Part shown: positions 36,887 to 46,862 of the stretch, piece by piece
Layout: the number at the start of each line of letters is the position of its first letter
How positions within the stretch are numbered: position 1 is the first letter of the stretch
From: an uncultured bacterium
GTDB taxonomy: Bacteria > Fidelibacterota > UBA2242
Assembly: GCA_964576275.1 (NCBI GenBank)
Contig: CAZNUN010000003.1
Location: 69,848-133,847 of the forward strand
DNA length: 64,000 nt
Direction: 5' to 3'
Notes under the pieces: model-generated
Told to the model about the DNA's origin: nothing
The model's database searches: none
The model's input: the letters and a program-made list of their open reading frames with translations, nothing else
Position numbers and translations under genes: made by a program

Positions 36887-38025
36887 GCCTGAACCGACGC
36901 ATTTTCTTTTGGGCCGGCCTGCTGGCAGTCTTTTTTAATTCCCAAGCTGGAGCCCAATGGCAACTTTCGCTCGATACATATACCGGCCGGGACAACAATC
37001 TATTACGTTATTACAATCCGGTCGCGGATGCCATTTTTTCACCTCAAATCGAAATAGCCTATCTGGGCGCCCAAACCCGGTTTTATTACAATTACGACCA
37101 GACCCGGATTATCGAAAATGACCAGTATAATTTTTCCGTGCAGCAGGCCGGCGTCGACTTTACAGCCGGAAACGCGATGAAGATTGGTCACTATCTGGGC
37201 GCCAATTTGAACCGGCGGTCGAATCAGCCGGATTACGATTATTTCGATTACTGGAAAGCCGAAGGCGTTTACAATTTCAAATATTTCCCGGTTGACTGGG
37301 TTTTATTTAAAGGCGAAATAGTGGCGTTTTATAAGAAATTCGACGAAGAACCGGCCTGGAATCACCTGGAAACGAACCTGAATTTTTCCGGCAGTATTTT
37401 TTTGCCGACCCGTACAACCATTCGCCTAAGCCTTTTCGGACTATTGCGGGATTTTAGTTCGTATACGACCCGGGATTCTGTTTCCACAACTGCGGAACTG
37501 TCTACGCTAAGGCAATTAGTGGGGGTGGTGCGACTGGCCCAATCGTTTGGAGCGAGAGTCGGCGGTTACAGTGATTTTCTCTATCGTTATAATCCTTCGG
37601 AAGGCAATCCGTACCAGGTCGAAATTACCGCATTTAGTCCGATTGACGATTATTTCGGTTATAAAGGATACCGGTGGACGAATGCCCTGAAATGGAAAAT
37701 TAATTCACAAGTCTGGATGAAAATCGCCGGCGCGGTCTATACGAACACTTACCTGAACCGGCCGGTTTATGAATTCGATTTTGAGAGTGGCACCTGGGTT
37801 ACGGATGCGGATGACAATTACATCATGCTGTCTGAAAACCGCCGCGACCAGGGTTACACCGCTGGAATTTCAGCCGGCCTGACATTTCGTAATGTTTTTA
37901 ACCGGGCCGCCAATCTCGAAATCATCGGATCTTTCGATTACTCTCATGTTGAATCCAACGACAATTATTTTGATTATAATGACCGCTCTTTCGGTGTACA
38001 AATCCGGTATGATTTACAATGGTGA
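36883..38025 (+). CDS. Outer-membrane beta-barrel protein, hypothetical
   Basis: Signal peptide (LLAVFFNSQAGAQW), amphipathic beta-strand periodicity, and a C-terminal aromatic residue (IRYDLQW). Overlaps the upstream gene by 4 nt. Confidence 0.6.
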   Translation: MSLNRRIFFWAGLLAVFFNSQAGAQWQLSLDTYTGRDNNLLRYYNPVADAIFSPQIEIAYLGAQTRFYYNYDQTRIIENDQYNFSVQQAGVDFTAGNAMKIGHYLGANLNRRSNQPDYDYFDYWKAEGVYNFKYFPVDWVLFKGEIVAFYKKFDEEPAWNHLETNLNFSGSIFLPTRTTIRLSLFGLLRDFSSYTTRDSVSTTAELSTLRQLVGVVRLAQSFGARVGGYSDFLYRYNPSEGNPYQVEITAFSPIDDYFGYKGYRWTNALKWKINSQVWMKIAGAVYTNTYLNRPVYEFDFESGTWVTDADDNYIMLSENRRDQGYTAGISAGLTFRNVFNRAANLEIIGSFDYSHVESNDNYFDYNDRSFGVQIRYDLQW

Positions 38026-38073
38026 AAAAAATATTTGCAATTATTCGAAATTATCCGTAAATAACCGCCCGTA

Positions 38074-38163
38074 ATGAACAATATCAGCAATACAAAAACC
38101 GCTCTGCAAAACACCCAAAACTGGTGGTGGTGGCAAATTGATATGAGGGCGGTGACGTGCTGA
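38074..38163 (+). CDS. trp leader peptide (29 aa) with four consecutive Trp codons
   Basis: ATG...TGG TGG TGG TGG (38122-38133)...TGA encodes MNNISNTKTALQNTQNWWWWQIDMRAVTC. It lies in the 238-nt leader of trpB2, upstream of an intrinsic terminator. Confidence 0.6.
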   Translation: MNNISNTKTALQNTQNWWWWQIDMRAVTC

Positions 38164-38195
38164 GATAAGCAATTAAGCAATTCTGTATTTGCATA

Positions 38196-38227
38196 GACCC
38201 GCCCGAAAAAGCGGGTTTTTTGTTTTT
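38196..38227 (+). terminator. Attenuator terminator: GACCCGCCC-GAAAAA-GCGGGT followed by TTTTTTGTTTTT
   Basis: A 6-7 bp GC-rich stem plus a U-tract ends 37 nt before the trpB2 ATG. The upstream GGGCGG (38147-38152) can pair alternatively with the CCGCCC arm as an antiterminator. Confidence 0.65.
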
Positions 38228-38263
38228 AATGAAAATTTGAACACATAATGAAAGGAAAAGAAA

Positions 38264-39625
38264 ATGGAACAACACAAATTCATCTTGTCTGAGTCCGAAA
38301 TGCCGAAAACCTGGTACAACATCGCGGCCGATCTGCCGTTTGAAATGCCGCCAGTCTTACATCCAGGCACTCAACAACCCATTACGCCCGACGATTTGGC
38401 GCCGCTCTTTCCGATGGCGATCATAGAGCAGGAAGTCAGCACGGAACGCTTTATTCCGATTCCGGAACCGGTGCGGGAAATATATCAAATTTGGAGACCG
38501 TCGCCACTGGTGCGGGCTTATCGTCTGGAGAAAGCCATCGGAACACGCTCAAAAATTTACTATAAAAATGAGAGTGTCAGCCCGGCTGGCAGTCACAAGC
38601 CCAATACTGCGGTTGCCCAGGCTTATTACAACGCCAAAGAGGGAGTCAAAAAACTGACCACTGAAACCGGCGCCGGACAATGGGGCAGCGCCCTGGCATT
38701 AGCCTGTAATTTCTTCGGGCTGGAATGCCTGGTGTTCATGGTGCGGGTCAGCTATGACGGCAAACCCTATCGCAAATCAATGATCCAGAGCTGGGGCGCG
38801 CGTATTTTTGCCAGCCCGAGTAAGGAAACCGTCTGTGGTCGCGAAATACTGGCGCGCGATCCGGAATGTTCCGGCAGTCTGGGCATTGCGATCTCGGAAG
38901 CGGTCGAAGTCGCTGTAGCCGATGAAAAAACAAAGTATTCACTCGGCTCGGTACTGAATCACGTCATGCTACACCAGACCATTATCGGCGAAGAAGCCCA
39001 GCAACAAATGAAGCTGGCGGGTGATTATCCTGACATAGTCATCGGCTGTGTCGGCGGCGGCAGTAACTTTGCCGGCATCTCTTTCCCGTTTATCAAGGAT
39101 AAGTTTGCCGGGAAAAACCTGCGCGCCATTGCGGTTGAGCCGACGGCTTGCCCATCGCTGACCAAGGGTCTGTATGCTTACGATTACGGTGACACCGGCA
39201 AACTGACGCCGCTGGTTGCCATGTATACACTCGGTCATAATTTCATTCCGTCGAAAATTCACGCCGGCGGGTTGCGCTATCACGGCGCTTCGCCGTTAGT
39301 CAGCCGGCTGGTCAAGGAAGGATATATCGAAGCCCGCTCCTACCAGCAGACCGAAGTCTTCCAGGCAGCGGTGACCTTTGCCCGCAGTGAGGGCATTATT
39401 CCGGCGCCAGAGACGGCGCATGCCATCAAGGCTAGCATTGACGAAGCCAAGAAAGCCGACGAAGAGGGTGTCAGCAAGACGATCCTTTTCAATTTCAGCG
39501 GTCATGGCCACTTCGATATGAGCGCCTATGACGCCTATTTTAGCAAGCGGATGGAAGATAATCATTTTTCCGACGCCGCTCTGCAAAAGAACTTAGCGGA
39601 GATCGCCGATTTGCCGAAAATCTGA
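38264..39625 (+). CDS. trpB: TrpB2-type tryptophan synthase beta chain (PLP-dependent)
   Basis: 453 aa, the long TrpB2 form. Motifs include [16 protein letters not shown], the PLP-lysine region [14 protein letters not shown], and the glycine loop [11 protein letters not shown]. Confidence 0.85.
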   Translation: MEQHKFILSESEMPKTWYNIAADLPFEMPPVLHPGTQQPITPDDLAPLFPMAIIEQEVSTERFIPIPEPVREIYQIWRPSPLVRAYRLEKAIGTRSKIYYKNESVSPAGSHKPNTAVAQAYYNAKEGVKKLTTETGAGQWGSALALACNFFGLECLVFMVRVSYDGKPYRKSMIQSWGARIFASPSKETVCGREILARDPECSGSLGIAISEAVEVAVADEKTKYSLGSVLNHVMLHQTIIGEEAQQQMKLAGDYPDIVIGCVGGGSNFAGISFPFIKDKFAGKNLRAIAVEPTACPSLTKGLYAYDYGDTGKLTPLVAMYTLGHNFIPSKIHAGGLRYHGASPLVSRLVKEGYIEARSYQQTEVFQAAVTFARSEGIIPAPETAHAIKASIDEAKKADEEGVSKTILFNFSGHGHFDMSAYDAYFSKRMEDNHFSDAALQKNLAEIADLPKI

Positions 39626-39647
39626 CGTTATAACCCTACATAGTCGC

Positions 39648-39683
39648 GAAAAACGGGGCGTGGATTTATGCGCCCCGTTTGGA
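39648..39683 (+). terminator. Hairpin after trpB2: AAACGGGGCG-N10-CGCCCCGTTT
   Basis: A perfect 10-bp GC-rich inverted repeat lies 25 nt after the trpB2 stop. The A/T flanks would let it function in either direction. Confidence 0.45.
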
Positions 39684-39727
39684 TTATCTGGCTTCGTAAG
39701 GTGTTATTGTTTACATTCCGCCCCGCA

Positions 39728-40492
39728 ATGCCGATTGGATTTGACAGAATGCAAGCAAAAATTGTCCCGGTGGCCGGAATCGGACCAGTTGTTCTACGCC
39801 GCAATCGCCGCGCCCGGCGGCTGACGTTACGCATTAGTCCCGGCAAACCGGTCACGCTCACGCTTCCGTATGTCATCAGCGCAAAAGCCGCTCTGGCCTT
39901 TCTGGAGGCGCACCGGGATTGGGCCCGGCAGATGATGGAAAAAAATAAAACCCATCGCCCGCCGGCGGTTATTGTTGATGGAACGAAACCGGTACAAACC
40001 CGCGCTCATCGTCTGGAATTACATCCTGCCGAAGGCGAAAACATCAGGATTTCAGTACGCTCTGGGCTGATTCGCATTCAATATCCGGCCGACGAGCCGG
40101 TTACCAGTCCGCGGGTTCAGGAAGGCATCGCGCAGGGCTTGATTGCGGCTTACCGGAACGAAGCCAATCAATATCTGCCGAAGCGGGTAAAAGAACTCGC
40201 CGGGCGATATGGTTTTTATTACCATCGCGTCGCAATCAAAAATCTCAGATCGCGCTGGGGCAGTTGTTCAGCGGCTAATAATATTAACCTGAATCTGCAT
40301 CTGATGCGTCTGTCGGACGATCTTATTGACTACGTGATTCTGCATGAATTAACTCATACGCGTGTGAAAAATCACAGTCCGGCTTTCTGGAGAGAACTGC
40401 AAAAATTTCTGCCGGACGCCAAAGAGAAGCGTAAGCAACTCCGCTTCCGCACCCGCAGCGGTTTGCTGGATTCCGTGCTGATTGGACTATAG
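39728..40492 (+). CDS. DUF45/YgjP-family zinc metallohydrolase (M48-like)
   Basis: C-terminal signature RWGSCS...INLNLHLMRLSDDLIDYVILHELTHTRVKNH with the HExxH motif. The track start at 39668 lies inside the upstream hairpin, so the start is placed at ATG 39728; 39749 is also possible. Confidence 0.65.
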   Translation: MPIGFDRMQAKIVPVAGIGPVVLRRNRRARRLTLRISPGKPVTLTLPYVISAKAALAFLEAHRDWARQMMEKNKTHRPPAVIVDGTKPVQTRAHRLELHPAEGENIRISVRSGLIRIQYPADEPVTSPRVQEGIAQGLIAAYRNEANQYLPKRVKELAGRYGFYYHRVAIKNLRSRWGSCSAANNINLNLHLMRLSDDLIDYVILHELTHTRVKNHSPAFWRELQKFLPDAKEKRKQLRFRTRSGLLDSVLIGL

Positions 40493-40590
40493 ACTTTCGC
40501 TTGGCTTTATCGACATTCGGCCGGCGGGAGTCACTTTAATTATTTAAGATTTATCTTTATGTTTAAGAAAATAGTTAATAACTTACCACT

Positions 40591-42501
40591 ATGAAAAAGA
40601 TCATAGGTTCAGAGTTGCTAAAAGCGCCAGCCAATCCTTTTCCGCAAATAATCAGCCCGGAAAACTGGCAAAAATTAGTGGCGCTGGAAAACCGGCATGT
40701 GATTTCCATTGTGACTGAGTATACCGGTTTATGCCGACCGCATAAAGTCACAGTGATAACCGACACGCCGGAAGAAATCGCCGCAATGCGTCAAATGGCG
40801 CTCCGTACCGGTGAAGAACGGCTCCTCCGCCTGCCGGGACATACGATTCACTACGACAGTTATTTCGATCAGGGGCGCGATAAGGAGCATACGCGGATAT
40901 TAGTCAGCGATCAAAGTCAGATGAACGCGCGCCTCAATACTTTAGACCGTCAAACCGGTTTGAAGGAAATTCGCGCGTTGTTAGATGGGATCATGCGCGG
41001 CAAGGAATTGTTCGTGCATTTTTACTGCCTGGGGCCGCTTGATTCGGCCTTTGCCATTCCGGCATTGCAGCTGACCGATTCGGCTTATGTGGCTCACTGT
41101 GAAGATTTGCTTTACCGGCAGGGATATGCCGAATTTCAACGTTTAAAAGGTTCGGACCGCTTTTTTCATTTTGTCCACAGCGCCGGGGAACTCGACGAAC
41201 TCGGTTGTACGAAAAATATCGCCCAGCGCCGCATCTATGTTGATCTTGAAGCCAATCGGGTATTGAGCATTAATAATCAATATGCCGGCAACAGCGTCGG
41301 TTTAAAAAAACTAGCCCTGCGCCTGGCGATCAACAAAGCCAATCATGAAGACTGGCTGGCCGAACACATGTTCGTTATGGGCGTTCACTCTCCACGCTGC
41401 GAGCGCACGACATATTTCACGGGCGCCTTTCCAAGCGCCTGCGGCAAGACCAGCACCGCCATGCTGCCCGGCCAGACCATTGTCGGAGATGACATCGCCT
41501 ATCTGAGAATTGACAATGAAGGAATCTGCCGGGCGGTCAATATCGAGTCCGGTATTTTCGGGATCATAGCCGATGTCAATCCGGTCGACGACGCCCTGAT
41601 TTACAGTTGCCTGACCACCCCGCGTGAGCTGATTTTTTCAAATGTGCTGGTCAAAGACGGACAACCGTACTGGCTGGGAATGGGTTGTGAGACACCGGAC
41701 GTCGGTTTCAATCATTCCGGCGAATGGTATAAAGGTAAAAAAGACGCCAGCGGCAAGGAGGTTCCGCTGGCGCATAAGAACGCCCGCTATACGATGCGTC
41801 TCAGCGAGCTGGAAAACCTCGATCCGCGCGCCGACGATCCAACGGGCGTGCCGGTGAGTGCCGTTGTTTATGGCGGACGCGATTCCGACACCAATCCGCC
41901 CATCCTTCAGGCGCTTGACTGGAATCATGGCGTGTTGCTCGGTGCCACTCTGGAATCGGAAACAACTGCCGCTATTCTCGGACAGGAAGGGCGCCGCACC
42001 TTTTCTCCGATGGCAAACCTGGATTTTATCGTCGTACCGCTGGGAGTGTACATCGAAAATCACCTGAAATTCGGCACGCGCCTGAAAAAACCGCCGCTGG
42101 TTTTCGCCACAAACTATTTTCTCAAGAATTCCGCCGGAAATTATCTGAATGCCAAAACGGATAAAAAAGTATGGATTCTGTGGGCGGAAGGCCGTGTACA
42201 TGGCGAATATGACGCCCTGCCGACACCGGTTGGATTTTTACCCCGGTATGTGGATTTACGAAAACTGTTTCAGACGGTTTTTGCCAAAGACTATTGTCTG
42301 TCTGAGTACGAGGAACAGTTTACTCTGCGCGTCCCAAAGTTATTGGAGAAATTAGAACGCCTCTTGCCGATTTATCAATCCGAAGCGGCGCCGCCGGAAT
42401 TTTTCCGGCAGATCGAGCGCCAGAAAATAGGTTTGGAGCAATTACAAAAGCAATACGGGAAAATGGAAATAAGCCCGCTCCAGATTGCCGCTTACCGATA
42501 A
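40591..42501 (+). CDS. pckG: Phosphoenolpyruvate carboxykinase (GTP)
   Basis: Aligns by eye with GTP-PEPCK. Shared blocks include the PEPCK-specific P-loop FPSACGKT, WLAEHM, VGDDIAYL and VYGGR. Confidence 0.9.
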   Translation: MKKIIGSELLKAPANPFPQIISPENWQKLVALENRHVISIVTEYTGLCRPHKVTVITDTPEEIAAMRQMALRTGEERLLRLPGHTIHYDSYFDQGRDKEHTRILVSDQSQMNARLNTLDRQTGLKEIRALLDGIMRGKELFVHFYCLGPLDSAFAIPALQLTDSAYVAHCEDLLYRQGYAEFQRLKGSDRFFHFVHSAGELDELGCTKNIAQRRIYVDLEANRVLSINNQYAGNSVGLKKLALRLAINKANHEDWLAEHMFVMGVHSPRCERTTYFTGAFPSACGKTSTAMLPGQTIVGDDIAYLRIDNEGICRAVNIESGIFGIIADVNPVDDALIYSCLTTPRELIFSNVLVKDGQPYWLGMGCETPDVGFNHSGEWYKGKKDASGKEVPLAHKNARYTMRLSELENLDPRADDPTGVPVSAVVYGGRDSDTNPPILQALDWNHGVLLGATLESETTAAILGQEGRRTFSPMANLDFIVVPLGVYIENHLKFGTRLKKPPLVFATNYFLKNSAGNYLNAKTDKKVWILWAEGRVHGEYDALPTPVGFLPRYVDLRKLFQTVFAKDYCLSEYEEQFTLRVPKLLEKLERLLPIYQSEAAPPEFFRQIERQKIGLEQLQKQYGKMEISPLQIAAYR

Positions 42502-42508
42502 CCGGAGA

Positions 42509-44173
42509 TTAATAGCTGTCTTTATGAACCGAGCGGACGGCGCGTCCGGAGGGATCGGCCATATTGCGGAAGGCTTCATCCCATTTTAAAGCCGTCGGAG
42601 TGCTGCAGGCAATTGAAGGTTCAAACGGTACTGTATCAAGAGCGGCCTTGGTAGGGAAATGCGTTTCGAAGATTTGGCGATACAGATATTCTTCTTTAGT
42701 CTGAGGAGTCTTCTCAGGAAATTTGTATTTGGCGGAAGCGAGTTTCTGATCGCTGATTTCACGTTCGGCGTAGGCTTTCAGGCCGTCAATCCAGGAATAG
42801 CCGACGCCATCCGAGAACTGCTCTTTCTGGCGCCATAGTATTTTTCTCGGTAAATAATTTTTAAAAGCCGTTCGCAGAATATACTTCTCGATGCGCCCAT
42901 TGCGGCACATCTTATCCTCCGGATTGATGTTCATCGCCACATCCAGAAAATCCTTGTCTAAGAAAGGCACTCTGGCTTCGACGCCCCAGGCAGCCATCGA
43001 TTTATTAGCTCTGAGGCAGTCGTAGAGATGTAGTTTTCTCAGTTTGCGAACGGTTTCTTCGTGCAATTCCCGGGCGGACGGAGCCTTGTGAAAGTAGAGA
43101 TAACCTCCGAATATTTCATCCGAACCTTCTCCCGAAAGCACCATCTTAATGCCCATGGCTTTAATCTGACGTGCCATCAGGTACATCGGGGTGGAAGCCC
43201 GCACGGTTGTCGTGTCGAAAGTCTCCAGGTGGTAAATTACGTCCGACAAAGCGTCCAGTCCATCTTGGACGGTGAAATGTAATTCATGATGGACGGTGCC
43301 GATATATTCGGCAACTTCCCGGGCGGCCAGTAAATCCGGGGCGCCTTCCAATCCAATGGCAAAGGAGTGCAGGCGCGGCCACCAGGCCTCGGAACGGTCG
43401 TGATCTTCGACGCGCTTGGCGGCGAACTTTTTCACGATCGCCGCGATGATCGAAGAATCCAATCCGCCGGACAAAAGAACAGCGTAAGGTACGTCCGACA
43501 TCAGATGAGTCTTGACCGAATGCTCCAAAGCGGCTTTTAAAACGTTGACATCGGTTTTATTGGCGGCCACGTTGGCAAAATCCATCCAGGAGCGCTGATA
43601 ATAACTTTGCGGGGCCGACATGCCGCTGGTTAGATAATGACCGGGCGGGAAATAGTCAACCGATTGACAAACGGCCTGAATCGCTTTCATTTCGGAGGCG
43701 ACGTAGAAATTGCCGTGCTCGTCGTGGCCGGTGTATAGCGGAATGATGCCGAGATGATCGCGGGCAATCAGGTAGGCGTCCTGCTCATTGTCGTATAGAA
43801 TAAAGGCGAACATGCCGCGCAAATCGTCTAAAAAATCAACCCCTTTTTGTTGATATAAAGCCAGGATAATTTCGCAATCGGATTTGGTTTGGAACTGATA
43901 ACCGCAGGTGATTGTTTCTTCCAGATCGGCGTGGTTATATATTTCGCCATTGACCGCCAAAGCATGTGTCCGGGCGGCGTTGAGCAGCGGCTGCGCGCCG
44001 GAATCAACTCCGACGATCGCGAGACGTTCATGCGCCAGAATTGCATTCTTGCCAACGTAAACCCCTGACCAGTCCGGACCGCGGTGGCGCTGCAGTTTTG
44101 ACTGACCCAGAGCCTGTTTACGCAGTTTGACTTTATCCGTTTTAATATCGAGAATACCGAGAATTCCACACAT
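42509..44173 (-). CDS. asnB: Asparagine synthase (glutamine-hydrolysing)
   Basis: N-terminal Ntn Cys (MCGILGI) glutaminase domain plus a synthetase domain (LLSGGLDSS). Confidence 0.9.
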   Translation of the reverse strand: MCGILGILDIKTDKVKLRKQALGQSKLQRHRGPDWSGVYVGKNAILAHERLAIVGVDSGAQPLLNAARTHALAVNGEIYNHADLEETITCGYQFQTKSDCEIILALYQQKGVDFLDDLRGMFAFILYDNEQDAYLIARDHLGIIPLYTGHDEHGNFYVASEMKAIQAVCQSVDYFPPGHYLTSGMSAPQSYYQRSWMDFANVAANKTDVNVLKAALEHSVKTHLMSDVPYAVLLSGGLDSSIIAAIVKKFAAKRVEDHDRSEAWWPRLHSFAIGLEGAPDLLAAREVAEYIGTVHHELHFTVQDGLDALSDVIYHLETFDTTTVRASTPMYLMARQIKAMGIKMVLSGEGSDEIFGGYLYFHKAPSARELHEETVRKLRKLHLYDCLRANKSMAAWGVEARVPFLDKDFLDVAMNINPEDKMCRNGRIEKYILRTAFKNYLPRKILWRQKEQFSDGVGYSWIDGLKAYAEREISDQKLASAKYKFPEKTPQTKEEYLYRQIFETHFPTKAALDTVPFEPSIACSTPTALKWDEAFRNMADPSGRAVRSVHKDSY

Positions 44174-44463
44174 ATATAATCCTTATCAATTGGTAGCCTG
44201 GCGAGAACTTTCCGCAAGTCATTTTAACTTGACGCTGAGTTGTCTCGCCTAAGTTATTAAAGAAATATTATAGATTTTATTTATAATTAAAATCGCATGT
44301 AATTTTCAAAAATCTTAAACTTTAGCGAAGATAAAATAGACAAGTGAATTTTCAAAGAAAATAGATAACTACCACTATTAAAAAGGGCTTGCAATTAAAA
44401 AGACCGCGGATGTAAATTTACCTGCTTTTTTGCGTTAGCGAATGAAATCAAAGGAATTAAAAA

Positions 44464-44676
44464 ATGAAACCAAATATTCATCCCGAATATAAAGAATGCA
44501 CAGTCACCTGCGCCTGCGGCAATACTTTCGTAACGCGTTCGACCGTCGGTGACATCAAGGTGGAAATTTGCTCCGCCTGTCATCCGTTCTTTACCGGTAA
44601 ACAAAAATTGATCGACAGCGCCGGCCGCATTGAAAAATTCAATCGCAAATACAAACGCGATACCAATAAGGGTTAA
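44464..44676 (+). CDS. rpmE: 50S ribosomal protein L31
   Basis: 70 aa, MKPNIHPEY... with a zinc ribbon (C-x-C...C-x2-H). Confidence 0.95.
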   Translation: MKPNIHPEYKECTVTCACGNTFVTRSTVGDIKVEICSACHPFFTGKQKLIDSAGRIEKFNRKYKRDTNKG

Positions 44677-44736
44677 CTACATTCTACACTTGTAACGACT
44701 TCTTCACGATGGTGAGGAGGTCGTTTTTTATTATCT

Positions 44737-45690
44737 ATGGTAAAAAAAATATTAGTTGGTGGGCAGGCAGTAATCGAAGGCGTCATGATGCGCGTTCCGG
44801 GCGCTTATGCGACTGCCGTGCGCAAGCCGGACGGCGGGATCGAAGTCAGGCGTGAGAATTTTCGGTCTCTGGCCGAACGTATTCCAATTTTCAAAAAGCC
44901 ATTTATTCGCGGGATGATCAGCATGTTCGAATCGCTGAAAATCGGGCTGAGCACTATTCAGCTTTCTGCTGACATCGCTATGCCGGAAGACAATTCTGAC
45001 AGGACGCCGAACGGGACAAAGGATAAAATTCTTTCAGCCGGTTCAATGATTTTAGCTTTTGGACTGGCCTTTTTACTGTTTGGCTTTTTACCGCTCTGGC
45101 TGACGACAAAACTGCTGAATATCGAAAAACAGGCCCTGGCTTTCAATCTCATTGTCGGCGCGTGGCGGGTTCTGTTTTTCCTGGCTTATCTGTGGATCAT
45201 TTCCCGGATGAAGGATGTCCGGCGACTTTTTCAGTATCACGGCGCAGAGCATAAAGTGGTCTTCACCTTCGAAAACGGGCGCGAACTGAGTGTTGAAAAC
45301 ACCCGGCCGTTTACCACATATCATCCGCGTTGCGGAACGAGTTTTATATTCATTGTGATGATCGTCGGCATCCTGATATTTGCGTTAATCGATTCGCTGG
45401 TGATCTGGGGCTTCGGTTCGATCTCACTGGGAACCCGCTTAATTTTTCACCTGATTTTATTGCCGTTGGTGGCTGGTACCGGCTATGAGTTTCTTAAACT
45501 GTCCGCGCGTTTCCAGGATCGGACATTGATGCGCTGGCTGATTGCGCCGGGGCTCTGGCTCCAGCGCATTACCACCCAACCGCCCAGCGATGATCAGATC
45601 GAAGTTGCGATTGCGGCGTTGAAAGGGGCTTTTGGCGATCAATATGCAAAATATGCCGGGCAGGAATATATTGCGGATGCCGTTGACTGA
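44737..45690 (+). CDS. DUF1385 (YqhQ-like) membrane-associated protein
   Basis: Opens GGQAVIEGVMMR and carries YHGAEHK. It occupies the conserved position upstream of prfA-prmC. Confidence 0.8.
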   Translation: MVKKILVGGQAVIEGVMMRVPGAYATAVRKPDGGIEVRRENFRSLAERIPIFKKPFIRGMISMFESLKIGLSTIQLSADIAMPEDNSDRTPNGTKDKILSAGSMILAFGLAFLLFGFLPLWLTTKLLNIEKQALAFNLIVGAWRVLFFLAYLWIISRMKDVRRLFQYHGAEHKVVFTFENGRELSVENTRPFTTYHPRCGTSFIFIVMIVGILIFALIDSLVIWGFGSISLGTRLIFHLILLPLVAGTGYEFLKLSARFQDRTLMRWLIAPGLWLQRITTQPPSDDQIEVAIAALKGAFGDQYAKYAGQEYIADAVD

Positions 45691-45698
45691 GGCTTTTT

Positions 45699-46757
45699 AT
45701 GCGTGAACGAATCCAGGAAATAATCGAGCGATACAATGTAATTACAGATGAAATGATGCGGCCGGAAGTAATCGCCGATCAGAACCGCTACCGTGACTTG
45801 GGCCGGGAACACAAAGAACTTTCCAAAATTGTCAGCAAGGGTACCGAATATCTGAAAGTACTGAAGAATCTCGAAGAGGATCGGGAAGTATTGGATGGGC
45901 ACGACGAGGATTTGAAGGAATTGGTGCGCGAGGAACTCGATACGTTGGAACAGGCAGAGGCGGTTTTACGGGAAGAAATGAAACTGTTGCTGATTCCCAA
46001 AGACCCGAATGATAACAAGAATGCCATTGTCGAAATCCGGGCCGGAACCGGCGGCGATGAAGCCGCCATTTTCGCGGCTGATCTGCATCGCATGTATCTG
46101 AAATTTGCCGAACGGAATGGTTGGAAGGTGGAAGAATTGTCCAGCAGCGAAATCGGTCTGGGCGGTTTCAAAGAAGTGATTGTCCTGATGTCCGGCGAAA
46201 ATGCTTACGGAACGATGAAATTCGAATCGGGTGTGCATCGTGTGCAACGCGTTCCGGTCACCGAAACCCAGGGCCGCATTCATACCTCCGCCGCCACCGT
46301 CGCCGTGCTGCCGGAAGCCGAGGAAGTCGATCTGGCTATCAATAACAATGATCTGCGCATCGATACGTATCGTTCGAGCGGCGCCGGCGGGCAAAACGTC
46401 AATAAAGTCGAGACCGCCATCCGGATTACGCATTTGCCGAGCGGCTTAGTGGTCACCTGCCAGGATGAAAAATCGCAATTCAAGAATAAAGAAAAAGCGC
46501 TTAAAATTCTGCGCAGCCGCCTGCTGGCTCTCAAGGAGGCCGAACAGGAAGCCGAAATTGCCGCCAAACGGCGCAGCATGGTCAGCACCGGCGACCGCAG
46601 CGCCAAAATCCGCACCTATAACTTTCCGCAAGGACGCGTTACTGATCATCGCATCAACCTAACACTGTACCGTCTGGCGGATGTTATGGAAGGCGAGATC
46701 GACGAGCTGATTTCCGCCCTGCAATTGGCGCACAACACCGAACTCTTAAAAGGTTAA
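45699..46757 (+). CDS. prfA: Peptide chain release factor 1
   Basis: PVT tripeptide (RVPVTETQGRIHTS) and GGQ motif (SGAGGQNVNK). Confidence 0.95.
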   Translation: MRERIQEIIERYNVITDEMMRPEVIADQNRYRDLGREHKELSKIVSKGTEYLKVLKNLEEDREVLDGHDEDLKELVREELDTLEQAEAVLREEMKLLLIPKDPNDNKNAIVEIRAGTGGDEAAIFAADLHRMYLKFAERNGWKVEELSSSEIGLGGFKEVIVLMSGENAYGTMKFESGVHRVQRVPVTETQGRIHTSAATVAVLPEAEEVDLAINNNDLRIDTYRSSGAGGQNVNKVETAIRITHLPSGLVVTCQDEKSQFKNKEKALKILRSRLLALKEAEQEAEIAAKRRSMVSTGDRSAKIRTYNFPQGRVTDHRINLTLYRLADVMEGEIDELISALQLAHNTELLKG

Positions 46758-46862
46758 TTAAACCTGATTAACGGCGCTTCCGACAGCGCTGAAAAATGTT
46801 TATTAGGGATAAGAATTTCCAATTGTTCAGCTCCAAAACAATCTTAAATTCCAAATTGCGAT

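Noticed and set aside
38084-38370. Two minus-strand track ORFs (38084..38275 and 38173..38370) in the trpB2 leader.
   Set aside because: The region is better explained by the plus-strand Trp leader peptide and terminator. One of the ORFs simply reads through the terminator stem in reverse.
39668-39727. Track start of the DUF45 gene at 39668.
   Set aside because: That start codon lies inside the trpB2 terminator hairpin. The N-terminal extension (MRPVWIIWLRKVLLFTF) is not part of the family, so the start was moved to 39728 or 39749.
46758-46862. GGCGCT-N6-AGCGCT hairpin between prfA and prmC as a terminator.
   Set aside because: Short stem, no T-tract, and prfA-prmC are normally co-transcribed.
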